This document shows positions 51,181 through 64,000 of a stretch of DNA of 64,000 nt, one piece after another. The position numbers and the translations under genes were made by a program. How positions within the stretch are numbered: position 1 is the first letter of the stretch; each line of letters opens with the position of its first letter. The DNA is from Lama guanicoe (Eukaryota). The stretch spans positions 23,312,795-23,376,794 of the forward strand of contig MU054187.1 of NCBI GenBank assembly GCA_013239625.1, read 5' to 3'. The notes under the pieces were generated by a model. It was not told where the DNA came from. It worked only from the letters and a program-made list of their open reading frames with translations, and did no database searches.

Positions 51181-54100
51181 AGCATAGGAGCAAGTCCTCT
51201 TGGAAGATGTGTTGTGTGAGAAGGACTTGGCCAAATGATGGTAGGAAAGACAAAGAAGTTACCAGAGATATGGATTCAGGGAATAAGAGGAGCTCAGAGA
51301 ACAAAGGACCCTGAGATATGAGCTGGACAGGAACAGAGGGTGGGCCTGGTTAGCCAGGCACTCCAGAACTGTATGGTACACTAACTAGGTGCCCTGTATA
51401 AGTATTTGTTGATGGAACAAGATGCGTGATACAGAGAATAGCAGAACTTAAAGTGGTACCTTTGACATTGATTCAACCAGGTGGGATTTTGTATGTGACT
51501 CAAAAGAAAATCTTAGGCAAAGGCGTGGTCTGCTCAGATCTGCACTGAGGGCCTCCTCTGGCAGGAGCGTGAATCATGGGCTGACCTCAGAGTGAGTTAA
51601 AGCATGAAGTGCCTTTTTCAACCACCAGATAGGAAGGGAAAAAAAAAAAAAAGCATTACACTGAGACAACAGAGTGAGACTTTGATACTGGCTGGGAAAA
51701 GGGTGAGAAAGTTGTGGCTGAACTTTCCAAAGTGCATTTAATAAAGCGTTTTTCCTAGCAACTGTTCAAACACTTCTTGTTACATTTAATGGGAAAAGAC
51801 AAGTCATTTGGATCATTTATTTCTGAGAAAAATGGTTACATCCAATGCTGACCACCGCCAGTTAATATTAAACTTTTTCATTGTACTTCCTATGGCTTAT
51901 TTTTTTCTCCCAGTTCTCTTATTTGTAAAACAAAACAGATTCCTTTGTCAGCGAAGCATGGTGTATTATATAGGTAGAATTTTGTTCTTACACTTGAAAC
52001 TTGTAATTCCTAATGGACAATCCAGCTGAATTATATTTCCATATGGTTAAAGGAAAAAAAAAAAAAAGACCAGTCATTGAGAAAGATAAAGCCATTTTCC
52101 AGTCAACCATTAACATCCGAACATATCTAGTTTGTTTTATTTGGCAATTGGTCTTTTGCTTTCCAAACTCCAAAGCGATGCTAATTTAATCACACAAAAG
52201 ACAGTCCAATGACAAGAAAAGTATTCTGCCCTACCAGAGCCTCTGCATAATTTAAAATCTTTTCAATTCTCAGTCAAGAAAGCCAGAAATCCCTTTGGTC
52301 GCAGGAGGAAATGGTTCCTGGATTCTCCCTGGCAAAATAGAGGAATTAACCCTCCCATCATGTATTCATGGGAGCCCTGCTAAGCCCATTTAGCAGAACG
52401 TGCCAAATTTTTCTGAGTACATCTGAGCAGTTTTCTCTGAGAACATCTACAGAGAAAGACTCTCTCTGCATACTCTCACAGTTTGGGGCAGAAAAAATAA
52501 TTGTGATATGCAGTGAAGAGTGGGATCCTTCCTGGTTATCCTCAGTGTCTTTCCTCCTTCTATCTGACAAAAATCAAGGTTCACACTCTAGGGCTTCCAG
52601 CTTCTCCAAGCTAGAGCAAGCCAGCAGGTTTGGGCTCGGGCTGATTGCAGCCATAGCCTTGTAGAAAGTCCATGGCATTGAACGTGATACCAGATCCCAG
52701 ACATTTAATGAGTCAGTGAAGGCGCAGTTGTCAGTGGATTGCTCTCCGGCACATTCACCTTATTTAATTCTTTCTTCAAAACTGTGCTCAAGACTTTCTT
52801 CCTCCCTGAAGTTTGAGTTCACGACTCATGTCCAATTACCCGATAATTTCAGCTCGCTACCATTTCCACGCTTCCCCATTATAAAGTCTGTCACTCTAAG
52901 AGTGATCCGTAACTCCTTTAAAAACATGTGTGTGTTCCTGCCCCCCTTATTTGCAAACGTACACAACCACTGCTCAGTGATATTAACATATGTTTACGGA
53001 TAATTTTTTAAAGCACAGATGAAAGCTCATGTTTACACAAACACATACATTTACCATCACTGGAAAGATTAGGAAGATTTGAGAGCAGACAGAACTCGTC
53101 AGTGACTTTTGCAGGTCAAAATAAAGTAGAACAGCCAGAAGGAAGAACAGCTCTGGATTACAGCTGTTGGGAAAATCCAAATGTTTTTGCAATTGCCTTG
53201 TATCCTCACAGCTTCGCGCTCCGGGCAATGATTCATTCCCCAGCTGCTGTCCGGATTTGGGCAGGGTATCAGAATGGCAGGATGCTGGGTACAGGCGCTT
53301 TTTCTCTAGTTCAGGAAAGCCCAGAGATGGGCTATAAACTCGTATCTGTGTGCCCCAGGAAAGCACGCGTATCCAGGAGGTATTCTTGGAGAAAGTGAGA
53401 GAGCTTGGCTCCTTCAGGAAAACCTCTCAACAGTGAGCAAAGATTAAAAATCTCTATTATATTTTTTATTAGTTTTTATTCCATTTTCATGAGCTAGGCA
53501 AGAAACAAAATTAGAAATTAATTCTAAGGATTTTTTTTTCCCCAGCATTAGTCACCAAGGCTTTCAAGCATTTAGAACGTTCAGCAAGGCTACACAATAT
53601 GTGTTTCCTGTCCTCCGGGAGCTCCTAATGTGTAATCGGTTATACAGAGTAGAACGAAGAGTTCAATTAGAAGTGTGCACTGCACTGCAGGAAGGGAGAA
53701 GAGGGAGAAATGGATTCTGGCTGAATTCTTCATTGAAAGAACAGTGAAGCCATCATGAGGCGGTGGCATTTGAATTGAACAGTGAAGCGTGGGTAATTGC
53801 CTGACTCACAGAGAATGGGAGAAAGGGCACTGGAGACGAATCTGAGCAAAAGTAAATGGCATATAACCCTTTGTCTCCTCCATTAAATGCAATTATCCTC
53901 AAAGGTAAATGTCAGGTCTTCTAATTATTTTTAACTCTCCTAAATATCCTGTGTGGTCACTCAGTATCTTAGATGAAGAAGCAGTTGGCAGAAACTCACA
54001 ACAGCATCTCAGTGTGTCTCCAGACCCTGGACTTTGTGATGGATCAGAGAAGGATCACACAAGATACGTAATTTCCTTGCAGGAACACCGCCACACAAAC

Positions 54101-57100
54101 TTAACACAATCGTGTCTACAGAGGAAAAATTGGTACTTTCAATGCTAGAACATTTGGCCTGGCAGACTTCCTATCAAGTCTGATGAATGTTACTCAGAAA
54201 AGTCAAATCTTGCTAATGTAGAAAGAGGCCCCAGCGAGTACTCATACAATATCCCAGGGTTTCTGAAAGGTAGATCCTTTTAAACATTGCAACCGAGAAA
54301 TGTGAGTTTTCCCCGGATTCCATGTCGGATCCTGTTGCCATTCACCATCCCTCAGGCTGAACAGTTGGAGATGGATGTGTTCTTTCACTCCGTTCCTCAG
54401 TCATTATCATCATCACAGCATCTGGCTCATCAGACATACATCAGACACACATTCAGCTTAGGGAGCTGGACTCTATCAAAGTAAGAAAACAGTAGAACAG
54501 CCAGATACATATGTCCAAAGGTGCAAAATTTGAAGAGACCATATTGTTTACTTTCTTGAAAAGGAAATTTAACCTTGTATTCCTTTATAAAACCTGGAAA
54601 GAATGAGGTGGGGAAAACAAAACAAAGCAAAAAATTTTCTGTTCTATTAATGTACAAAACTTTCCTTATAATTGTTATTTTTGAAAAGACGAAAAAGGGA
54701 AATTCAAGTATATTTGCAGAATTTTGCTGGTGTTCTCTGCCTCTTGAGGTTTTAGACAGACTTTTACCTTTGTTTGACTACAGCAATGACCATAACTATT
54801 TTTTAAATTGCATATAAACTCACAGAAACCTGTTCTGTATTAAAATAGGGAACCGATCTAGGAAAGATGTTGAAAATCATTTCCACATTCCACTTAACTG
54901 TCCATTAGCGTTGCTAGACAATTAATGAACTCTCCAAATAGAGATCTGAACTGCACTGGAAACAAAGAAGAACTTGAAGCATTTGTTTTCATGCTTTAAA
55001 AAAACATATATTTTTCAAGTTTGGTTTGGAGTATAAAACAGTCATGGAATACTGTTCATGTAGACAGATATCTTGAATCTCACAAGAAATGGAGCACCTC
55101 TCTAAGAATAATTTGAACTCCTTTCTTTGTTTTAAATGCTGACACCAAGAAGCAAAATGATGACAAGAGATAATAATTATTACAATATTTATTTTTAAAT
55201 AACTTTATACAAAGCAGTCATTTAAACCATGATCAGTTGCTACACTTCTGTTTATTCCTATAATATATATTATAAACTTATGGTAACTTGGGAAAAACTT
55301 TTCTATCCAATGTGAGTAAACTGAGGTGTCCTCAGTGAGAATGTGCTGCCCTGCCACTTTGTACACCAGCAACCATCTCCGTGTTTCTGATGAAATGTTC
55401 TGTTTGACTTTGTCTGTCTTTATCCAGGAAAAGAGTAATTTCTGTGAACCAAATTCACAAAACAGTCACCTGTTCTCTGCAGGGTCACTGCACAAAATTG
55501 TCACGTTGTGCCCTGGACAGTAGGCTCTGGTGACAGGACAATGTGGGAATGAAAATTTAATCTCCTCGGTGCTCACACACCTTGCATTCTGGCTCAGGGC
55601 TGATCCCCCAGTAGCAAAAGAAGCCATTCCTTAATGTACCACCTGCGCTAGAAGCAGCTCTGTGAGCATAAACACTAATTCATGGGATTTTGTTTGTGTG
55701 TGTTTTTCCTATTTACTTAAAAAAAAAATCTCAAATCTAACCAGGCATAGAGACACAAACAGAAACAACCAATTAGGTCAAAAAAGATTAGTACTGTTTT
55801 CTGAAATTCCTTGAGCCATTTGGACTTTCCCATCAGTCCAGATAAGTGGGATAATGCACATTTATGACACAATAAGATATTCTACAGCATATCACGGATA
55901 CCCTAGAAACAATTCTTAGCTTCCTAATGTAGCCATTCTATTATTAGGGAAGCTAGAAATAACTGTACAGAGAAGTGACAACAAACCAAACACATATCCT
56001 CCATTAAATCAAAACGAAATGTATCTCCAATGCAGTTGCCTTTAACAGATTCTGTCTCACTCTGCTGTTGAGACAGACAACAATCATCAGCGATCCAGAG
56101 AATAAAGTAGAAAGAAAAAATACAACCAGTCTTATTCCAAGCCTGCCCTTCAACTCATCCATCCTCTGACCATCGCATCCAGCCTTGCACCAACGAAGCT
56201 ATTATTTCTATCCTCCCCAGATCAGGAGGCCCTCCGGCTCCTCCCAAGAACTTCAGCCTTAAATTCTTCAGGACCACATATTCCTCTTCCTTCTAAGGCA
56301 TCTCAGGGTTTGAGTCAGTTCATGGTAATCTACCATCTTGTCACTAACTCTTTTATTTTTTTTTTATCCTTTAAGACCAAATTCAAATGTCACTGTTTCT
56401 GCTTTTATTGCAAAATAATTTATTGTTTATTTTTATGATTGATTTTGTTCACATCATTTTTATTTCCATCACATCTTGAACTCCCCAGACCATTTTTGCT
56501 TTCCCTGTTCATGGGGAGACTGGGTTGCTGAGTCCCAAGCAGCAGTTGACTGAAGATACTCTCTTTTTGAATTTTAATAGCATTAAGTGTTGATCACAAA
56601 CTCAGATGTCAATGTTAACTTGACAAGTAACGAAATGAGTGAAGCAGAATCACTGTAGACGTCTAACTGACAAGCACTACACCTTTACTAAGGGAGACAA
56701 CGCTAAACCATGGTTTTCACATGGAAACACCATACTTGCCAGATTTTCCAGTTTTTCAGAAGAATGTATAAATATGCATTTTAATGGGAAATATCCAGAA
56801 GCTTAAATAAAAATTTAAATATATACTGATAAAAACCAAGCCTATAGGCCAATTGCAGCCCACAATCCACAATCTATCATTTTCCATAAAGGCCCAGTAG
56901 AAAACTATGCTGGAAGGAATTGACCACTGTTAGTAGCAGTCATGGAGGAAAGAATTTTTCTAATCTCAGAAAGAAACATCAGTTGGTTACCCAAAAGCTG
57001 AGATCACCACTCTACTTTCTGGAGCAGGATGTGCCAGCGTCCCAGGCTTTCATACTCCCCACCTTAGCAAAAAGTCCCGGAACCCAAGCTTGTATTAAAA

Positions 57101-57102
57101 CA

Positions 57103-57576
57103 TCTATTAGTTTCCTTTTGCTGCTGTAAAAATTTACCACAAACACGGTGGCTTGAAATAACACAACTTCTCTTACAGTTCTGGAGGCTAAAAGTCCAAA
57201 ATTAATTTCACTGAGTTAGACCTAATTCGTTAGCAGGACTGGTTCTTTTTGGAGACTTTAGGAAAAATCCATTTCCTTGTGCCTTTTCTAGCTTCTGGAA
57301 GCTACCTGCATATTCTTTGACTCATGACCTCTTCCTGAAATCATATCAAATTCTTGCTTTCATTGTCTCATCTGCTACTTCCTCCTCTGACCATCTTGCC
57401 ACCCTCTCATAAGGATCCTCGTGATTACATTAGGACCCATCTGTATAAAAGCCGCCAATCTCTCCATCATAACTTAATCACATCTGCAAGTCCCCTTAGT
57501 GATATAAGGTAGTACTCACTGGTACCAGGGATTAGGATGTGGGAGTCTTTGGGGGACCATTATTCAGCCTACCACA
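57103..57576 (-). mobile_element. MLT1C/D-like solo LTR
   Basis: tattagtttccttttgctgctgtaa…ttattcagcctaccaca; near-TSD aaaca/aagca. Confidence 0.9.
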
Positions 57577-57799
57577 AAGCATCCAATTGCCAAATATAGT
57601 ATTATATGGGTTTGAACAATGATGGATAATACCTGTTCCATCTTCACACACAGCAGAGGAATTTATTGAAGTCTTCTGTAGAGCCTAATGAAGGCACAGG
57701 CCACCTAATAATGACTAAAATAGGATTTTCCTTCAGTGCAGTGAGAAGGAGGCTTGAGAACATTTAACTTAATTTCAAGTGTGACATTCTCTTGCCTCT

Positions 57800-58050
57800 G
57801 TGAAGTAAGATTCATACCTACCACCACATTCCTGACTCACCTCGCGTGGAGTTTTTCTTTCCTCTGTGTTCTTCTTAAACTCTCTCCATAAACTACATCC
57901 TCTAGAGTGGAGCTTACTACGTTTACAAAAATCGTGTGTTTATTTGTGTGTTCATGTTCTGGACTAACAGAGTCATTTATTTTTGTATTAACAACCCTTC
58001 CCCAGAGCCAAATGCATTAAATAAATATTGAACAGAGTGAATAAGTAATT
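57800..58050 (+). mobile_element. L2 3' end fragment
   Basis: Ends aaataaatattgaacagagtgaataagtaa. Confidence 0.45.
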
Positions 58051-58474
58051 AAATCAGATGCAAGATGAGAATATTCCAGAAATGCTCTAGACATGTTTTT
58101 ATTTTTTATTTATTTTATTTTTTTGTAGTTCACTAAAGAAATAAGTGGGGAGAAAGATTGAAGGGCAGAAACCAGTCATTGAGGATTCACTTTCAAAATA
58201 ATCTTCCAGAAGGGTTATTTGAATTTTTAATGATAAGAACATTAAGGTTTAGAAATTATGTAATTTTTTATTTGGTGACCAATCAGTAAAGTTGCTTTTG
58301 GAGTAATATTGTCTGATTCTTGAGACTGTATTCCTTTGACATTGCCTCTTTTCTTGGTTATTAAGAATATCATATTTATGTAGAATTTGTTCCTGAGATT
58401 TTTTTTTTTCTAGATTATCATCACTTGGTCAAATCATGGCTGTTTGCTGAAAATAGTGCATGCTCCTTTTACCC

Positions 58475-58475
<1 letters not shown>

Positions 58476-58504
<29 letters not shown>
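58476..58504. repeat. (TG)n microsatellite
   Basis: Read directly. Confidence 0.95.
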
Positions 58505-58505
<1 letters not shown>

Positions 58506-60103
58506 GTGCGCCCTTGTGTTTCTCTTTTTTCTTTCCCTCAACTCCCACCACCCCGAAGGCATAAAGAGCAGTTACTTCCCGGGGCTAAGCAGAATCCTGT
58601 GGTGCCTGAACACAGGAAAGGAGTTATGCCGCTTCCTCTCCCCACTCCCTCCCCTGCATAAATCCTGGCAGCGCCCAAGAGAGTGTTTATTCAGGCAAGC
58701 CTCTCCACCCCACAGGGAAGAAAACCAGGCTCGTTAAATCCTGAATAGTACTTATTATTGCTTGGATAAAATTTTTTAAAAGAGGATTTATTCTTGGATA
58801 TTAGAGAAAAAAAAGAAAGATGTATGTACTGGCACATAAAATGATCTCCTCAGGGAACTGTTGAAATCCCTATAATTTGAGTTACAAATTTTAGGAAATA
58901 CACCAAACAAGTAGATACTGGCTGAAGACTGAAGTATACCTGTAAGTAAGGTCTATCCCCATTTCTCATGGTTTTATAATCTAGCCCTAAAGTGTATATT
59001 CAACAGACTTCTCAACCAGACACTCTTGTTACATTGTAAGTACATTCTTGAATTTCCAGCCTATTTGCCCATGTGAAGAGAGCAAGCTTCCTTTGTCATC
59101 ACACAGATGAAACTGAACTCTCAGTGAGACATTCAGTGGGTACTGTTATAATTACTCCATTTCAAAATAATATGCTTTTTATTATCTTGTAAATAATCAC
59201 CACGTCAAATGCAGCCCACTGGCTGTCATGGAGTTACAACGACAGAATAGACGGACAAATGACAAATCTGGAAAATTCTTCACTTTTAAATACTGAAAAG
59301 AGTTGGCAGTCAGTAGCAACTATTTCAACAAGGTTTTGTTTGGTTTGATAACATTTATAGTTTCAGATCTCTAAGAAAATTTCCTCTTAAAGCTTCCTTT
59401 AAAGTCCATAGTTTCACAAGAGCAAATACATTTTGGGAGGAACATCTTTTTTCTTTAATATTTTCTTAATACTGCTATATACATCATCATATGTGAATTA
59501 ATGATGATTTATTGTCACACATGTTTTTGGAGCTTTTCTCTTCACAAGAAGTGAAGAATTATCAAGCAGGACTTTTTACTGGAAAGCCTTATAGCCTAAA
59601 TGAAATTAAATAACTAAAAATTAAAAACTGTGCTTAAATTTTGTTTAATATTATGAATAACAGTTAATGGTTAAGGTTTAGTAGACATAGAGCTTATAAA
59701 CAATGCCATAAACATTAAAATTATAATCTTTTTTCTACCTTATTTTACCTCATTCTTTTTAATATTTATAAACACGTGCTAACATTTTAGTTCAAAAATG
59801 TTCTTTATATAGTTATTGAGCTAATAGACCCTCTTATGGTAATTATATTAACTGAGAATGTTTTTCTGTCTTCATTTTGAAATTTCTTCACCACTCTTTC
59901 TATACACACTGTTAAAATTTTTCACAATTTTACAATTTTAAATATAATTTATGGTCTATATGACTGATTGAATTTCACCATAAAAAGTACACACACACAT
60001 TTCACCATTAAAAGTACACACAAAAAAAGATTTTACTCCATATTACATCTAAAATGCTAAGCAATATTTGAAAATGAGTATTCAGACATTAAAACTGAAT
60101 GTA

Positions 60104-60358
60104 GAGAGAGGGGTGGGGAGGGATAAACTGGGAGTTCGAGATGTGCAGATACCAACAGGTATATATAAAATAGGTAAACATGTTTATACTGTATAGCACA
60201 GAGAAATATATTTAATATCTTGTAGTAGTTCATGGTGAAGAAATATATGAAAATGAATATATGTATATTCGTGTAATATATGTGTATGAATGAAGAATTG
60301 TGCTGTACACCAGAAATTGACACAATATTGTAAACTGACTGTAACTCAACAAAATGAA
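60104..60358 (+). mobile_element. 5'-truncated lineage-specific L1 3'UTR
   Basis: ggggtggggagggataaactgggag…gctgtacaccagaaattgacacaat; imperfect TSD aaaactgaatgta (60091-60103) / aaaattcaatgta (60359-60371). Confidence 0.9.
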
Positions 60359-60390
60359 AAAATTCAATGTAAATGACATATATTATTCTT

Positions 60391-60458
60391 TTTTTTTTTT
60401 CCCTTCCCACCCTCTACCCCCCTGGTAGCCACAAGTCTGTATTCTCTGTCCATGAGTC
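60391..60458 (-). mobile_element. Internally polyadenylated L1 3'UTR fragment
   Basis: Poly-T then cccttcccaccctctacccccctggtagccacaagtctg (compare 10868-10925); TSD tatattattctt / tatatcattctt. Confidence 0.82.
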
Positions 60459-61049
60459 TATATCATTCTTAATGTTAATGGTGTTATGATTCTAGATATG
60501 TTGTTATCCTATGCAATCACTTTATTAATGATAATGCACAAGTTCAAGGTTATAAGGAATATATCATCAAAGTAGGCATTTGGTTATTTGACCTTTCACA
60601 TCTGAAATCACTCTGGAAAAGTAGATTTTGGCCAGAGAGTAGACAGCAGAATATTGAGGTCCAATCAAAACTTTGGTAGATCCTAAGTAACTCTCTTTAG
60701 CCAATAAGATGGGGCAGTTAACAAAAGTGAAGTTCTTAAGTGTGAAACTATTGAAAAACTTTATATATCTTTAGTGCTAAACCCAGAAGTCCCCTCAACA
60801 TTCAGACAATATTGGTTTTTTTTTTTTCTTTCTCTCTAACCTGTTGTGTTATTGAAACTGGTTACCTCACCTTGATTCATCTCAGGTTCTCCCGGTATAA
60901 AGTGAAGAAAAAAGTGATGACTCATGTTGCAGGTTTGCCATGAAAAGTTAAGGTAGGAAATTGCCTGACATCCCCCTCCTCCAAAAACAACAGAAATGTG
61001 TCAGAGTCCAACGCTACCAAATTTTGGCAATGAGCCAAAATTCATAGAG

Positions 61050-61280
61050 TGTTAATTATAGGCAGGCACTCTTTTAAATACTGGACATGTGTCAAATAGT
61101 TCAATCCTAAAAATCATCTTGTAAATGACTTTCCATTATGATTTTTCAGATGAGGAAACTGAGGCAGAGAGCTATTTAGTTGTCCAAGACCACTCAGCTA
61201 GTGAGTGGAAGGACTGAGTTTTGAATAAAGACAGTTTGGCTTCAGGGTGTGTGCTGTGTTAACTTCTAAGCTATATTCTT
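61050..61280 (-). mobile_element. MIR
   Basis: tttttcagatgaggaaactgaggcagagag…ccaagaccactcagctagtgagtgg. Confidence 0.85.
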
Positions 61281-61529
61281 ACACAAATGAAACAGGACCC
61301 CCTAATTCTACCCTCTGAGTTGATCATTTACCATCTTCCTGAATTTATTAAAGAATTAACATCAAGGCAAATAAAAGTACTTCATAATAATTTTTATATT
61401 TCATACAGTATAGATAAATTAGTGCCACTTAGGATCCAATGAACTCTTTTAGTGTATCATTTTATTGGCTCAGCAGAGTGAAAATCCAGATTGCCAGGAT
61501 GCTTTTTTAAAAACAAGATAAAACCTCCA

Positions 61530-62015
61530 TGTGGTAGTTAGCCTCTAAGGTGACCCCAGTGAGTCCCAACTTCCCATCCTCCCAGAGTACTGTGTTCTCC
61601 TCTTACTGACATGTGTAACCACCAGGATGTTGTGGAAATTGCAATGTTTGGATTCTGAATATAGGTCATCAAAACCACTGCTACTTCCCCTTGCTTTTTC
61701 TGGGACCACTTGCTCTAAAGGAAAGCTCCCATGGTGTGAGAACAGTGAAGCAGCCTTTTGAAGAGCAAGGGACTATGGTTTCTGCCAACCTCCAGCACCA
61801 AGTAGCCAGCCATGGTAGAGTCACACTGGAAGCAGACCTCCAAAGACTGCAGCCTTGGAGGACACCTTGATTACAACTTCATGAAAGACCCCAAGCCAGA
61901 ACCACCCTGTTAAGCCTCTCCCAAATTTGTGATCCATGGAACTGTGGGCAAATAAATGTTAATTACTATAGTAAGCTGCTAAATGTTGGTGTAATACGTT
62001 CTGTAACTAATATAC
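61530..62015 (+). mobile_element. MLT1F/G-like LTR
   Basis: tgtggtagttagcctctaaggtgaccccag…aagctgctaaatgttggtgtaat…aactaatata. Confidence 0.8.
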
Positions 62016-62645
62016 TCCATTTGATAAAAATAAATAAATAACAAGGCCCAAATAAATTCTTGGGCCACCAAGAGCTAGCTCCTCAAAAAAATAAAATAAA
62101 TGATCAAGGTCGTCACAAAGTCTGTGTAAACTATACCAATAGCTAATAATTCACAATAACATTGTCTTGTTTTATGGAATTTTTTTTTGGACCTCTATAA
62201 TAATATGGCCTTGCTGTAATAACAAAGTGTCTGGTTTAAATTGCAGAAGAGTGAAATATTTTACTGCCTTATTAAGAATATGTCATAGGGTCAGAGATGT
62301 CACAAGTTCAAAAGAGCTAAGATGAAATACAAATTGTGTATGTCAAGTGGTCCCTCTATGTTGCAGCTTTTTTTTTTAATAATATTCAAACTCCCTCCAA
62401 GCATCCCAGCGTCCACATCCTAAAACAAACAAGAAAGGTTTATTAGAAGGATGCCAAGAGGAAGAACAATTGTGTAACCGTATTACCTAAATGTGCATGC
62501 TGCCTATACAGCAAAGTCGCTAGCAATTAAAAATGGCTATTGGGGATGAAAGGTAAACTGAGACATCTATGTTTGTGTAGTAGAACAAATTGGACTTGAT
62601 GGCAGTTATTATAACAAAGAATTTTTGCTGTTTCTATCATGGATA

Positions 62646-62886
62646 CAGTGAGTGGTGCTCTGGAGTTGGCTCCTACTGATTCACAAGAACTAACTGATAA
62701 ATTTCAGGAATTTTGTGAGATGCTGTTGATCATTGCTAACTTCAAATTAGTCATGGTGGGAATAATTTATACCATGGAAATTGGCAAATACTACTACAAA
62801 TTAGAGCTTGTTTTTTGTTGTGGTGGTGTTTTGTTTTGTTTTGTTCTTTTCCTTTCCAGAAAGCCATTTTACCATCACATCATCTG
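62646..62886. mobile_element. hAT-Tip100 element, ORSL-like
   Basis: cagtg…ctggagttggctc start, internal ggtgggaataatttataccatggaaattggcaaa, and tttaccatcacatcatctg end, forming a degenerate terminal inverted repeat. Confidence 0.6.
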
Positions 62887-64000
62887 AACATTGAATTCAA
62901 ACGTTTAAAAAACTAGACCAAAGTTTGATCTTGGATTCATATTTTCATAATTTTATAGAACTTACAGATGACAATTTAGATTCTGTTTGTTCTTTATTTT
63001 TACGTTCATAATTTGGGTTTTTTTTTGACCATCATCCAAAAAAGTCAGTAGCTTCCCTGCTCTCAAGTATGAATTTCATCCTGGTATAAGAAAAGTAAAA
63101 AGCAATTTTTGATTGGAAATCATTCTAATGCTCAATACAACAGATATTTTCAAAGACATCTTTTGAGCCAACATCAGTACCATCTGGATAACCTGTCACC
63201 ATATGCAGACAGGAAATTGCCATTTAGTAGTTTCTCTGAGAGGGGCAGTATAAAATATTATTAGTATTTAAAGTTAAGTGGCATTTGCATATTCAAAGTA
63301 GATATTATTTTCATATGTTACTCAATTCACTGACTATCTATCTTTTCCAGGAATTGTTTGAAAGAAAATGAAAATAAACTATTTTCTACAAATTCCTAAG
63401 TTTGTTACTTAGTCACTGAGATTTGCTGAATAGTAACATACAATTTTATCTTTAAAAGAAAAATCTAAAATATGAATATATACTTCTAGAATAAGTAAAA
63501 CAAAAAAGATCCCATCAGCACCTCTAAAAATATTCTGTTTATTTAAACTATCATATAGCTTTTATGAAAATTTTCTCCTGATCCAAGTTCTGAAATTGTG
63601 AAGAAAAGGATATTATTATTATTATTCACAGTGAAAAAAAGATTTCTGTTTCAATATTCAGCAGTCCATCTTGCCACTTTCTATTCCATATTTATTTTCC
63701 CTTTTACTGAGAATAAATTCCAAATGATGAGAGGGAAATTTTAAAAACTGGAACAGCAAAGTTTAACAGGGCATGCAGTGACAGATATAAACAGAGCTGT
63801 CATCTAGATAGATCTGTTTATGGTAACTAAATGTATCATTTCTTATGCAATGCCCGTCAGAAGATGAAGAACAATGAAAGAGGTTCAATCTTCATTGTTT
63901 TTACATGTGATTTATTATCATAAATAAAAGCAATTTACAGAAAGTAGTCAATTACTTTGTTAGGTACTTCCAAGTGATTCTGAGCTTTTAAAAACATCTA

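Noticed and set aside
55916..55956. Imperfect hairpin tagcttcctaat…attagggaagcta as a pre-miRNA
   Set aside because: The stem is too short and AT-rich
1..64000. Prokaryotic systems (CRISPR arrays, operons, defence islands)
   Set aside because: The sequence is mammalian and repeat-rich, with no long ORFs or regularly spaced repeat-spacer arrays

Overview
This is AT-rich, CpG-poor eutherian mammalian genomic DNA, intergenic or deep intronic, not prokaryotic. The young L1 3' tails (…tgctgtacaccagaaattgacacaacattgtaaactgactata…) resemble camelid L1s as I recall them, and I see no Alu, B1, Bov-tA, PRE or CHR SINEs, so a camelid source is my tentative guess. I recognise no protein-coding gene. The longer ORFs with recognisable content are L1 ORF2 remnants and the rest look like chance ORFs. 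The window is dominated by transposable elements: L1 of several ages, L2, L3/CR1, MIR, MaLR/ERVL LTRs, three ERV1-like solo LTRs and hAT MITEs. The most interesting items visible in the sequence are (i) a divergent inverted pair of same-family LTRs inside an older MaLR element, (ii) a twin-primed 5'-inverted L1, and (iii) several TSD-flanked L1 micro-insertions, one tailless and one polyadenylated at a G-quadruplex motif. There are also weak candidate spliced exons and small CpG-retaining patches. Repeat family names are from recall of consensus sequences, not a database search. I found no convincing novel biological system.
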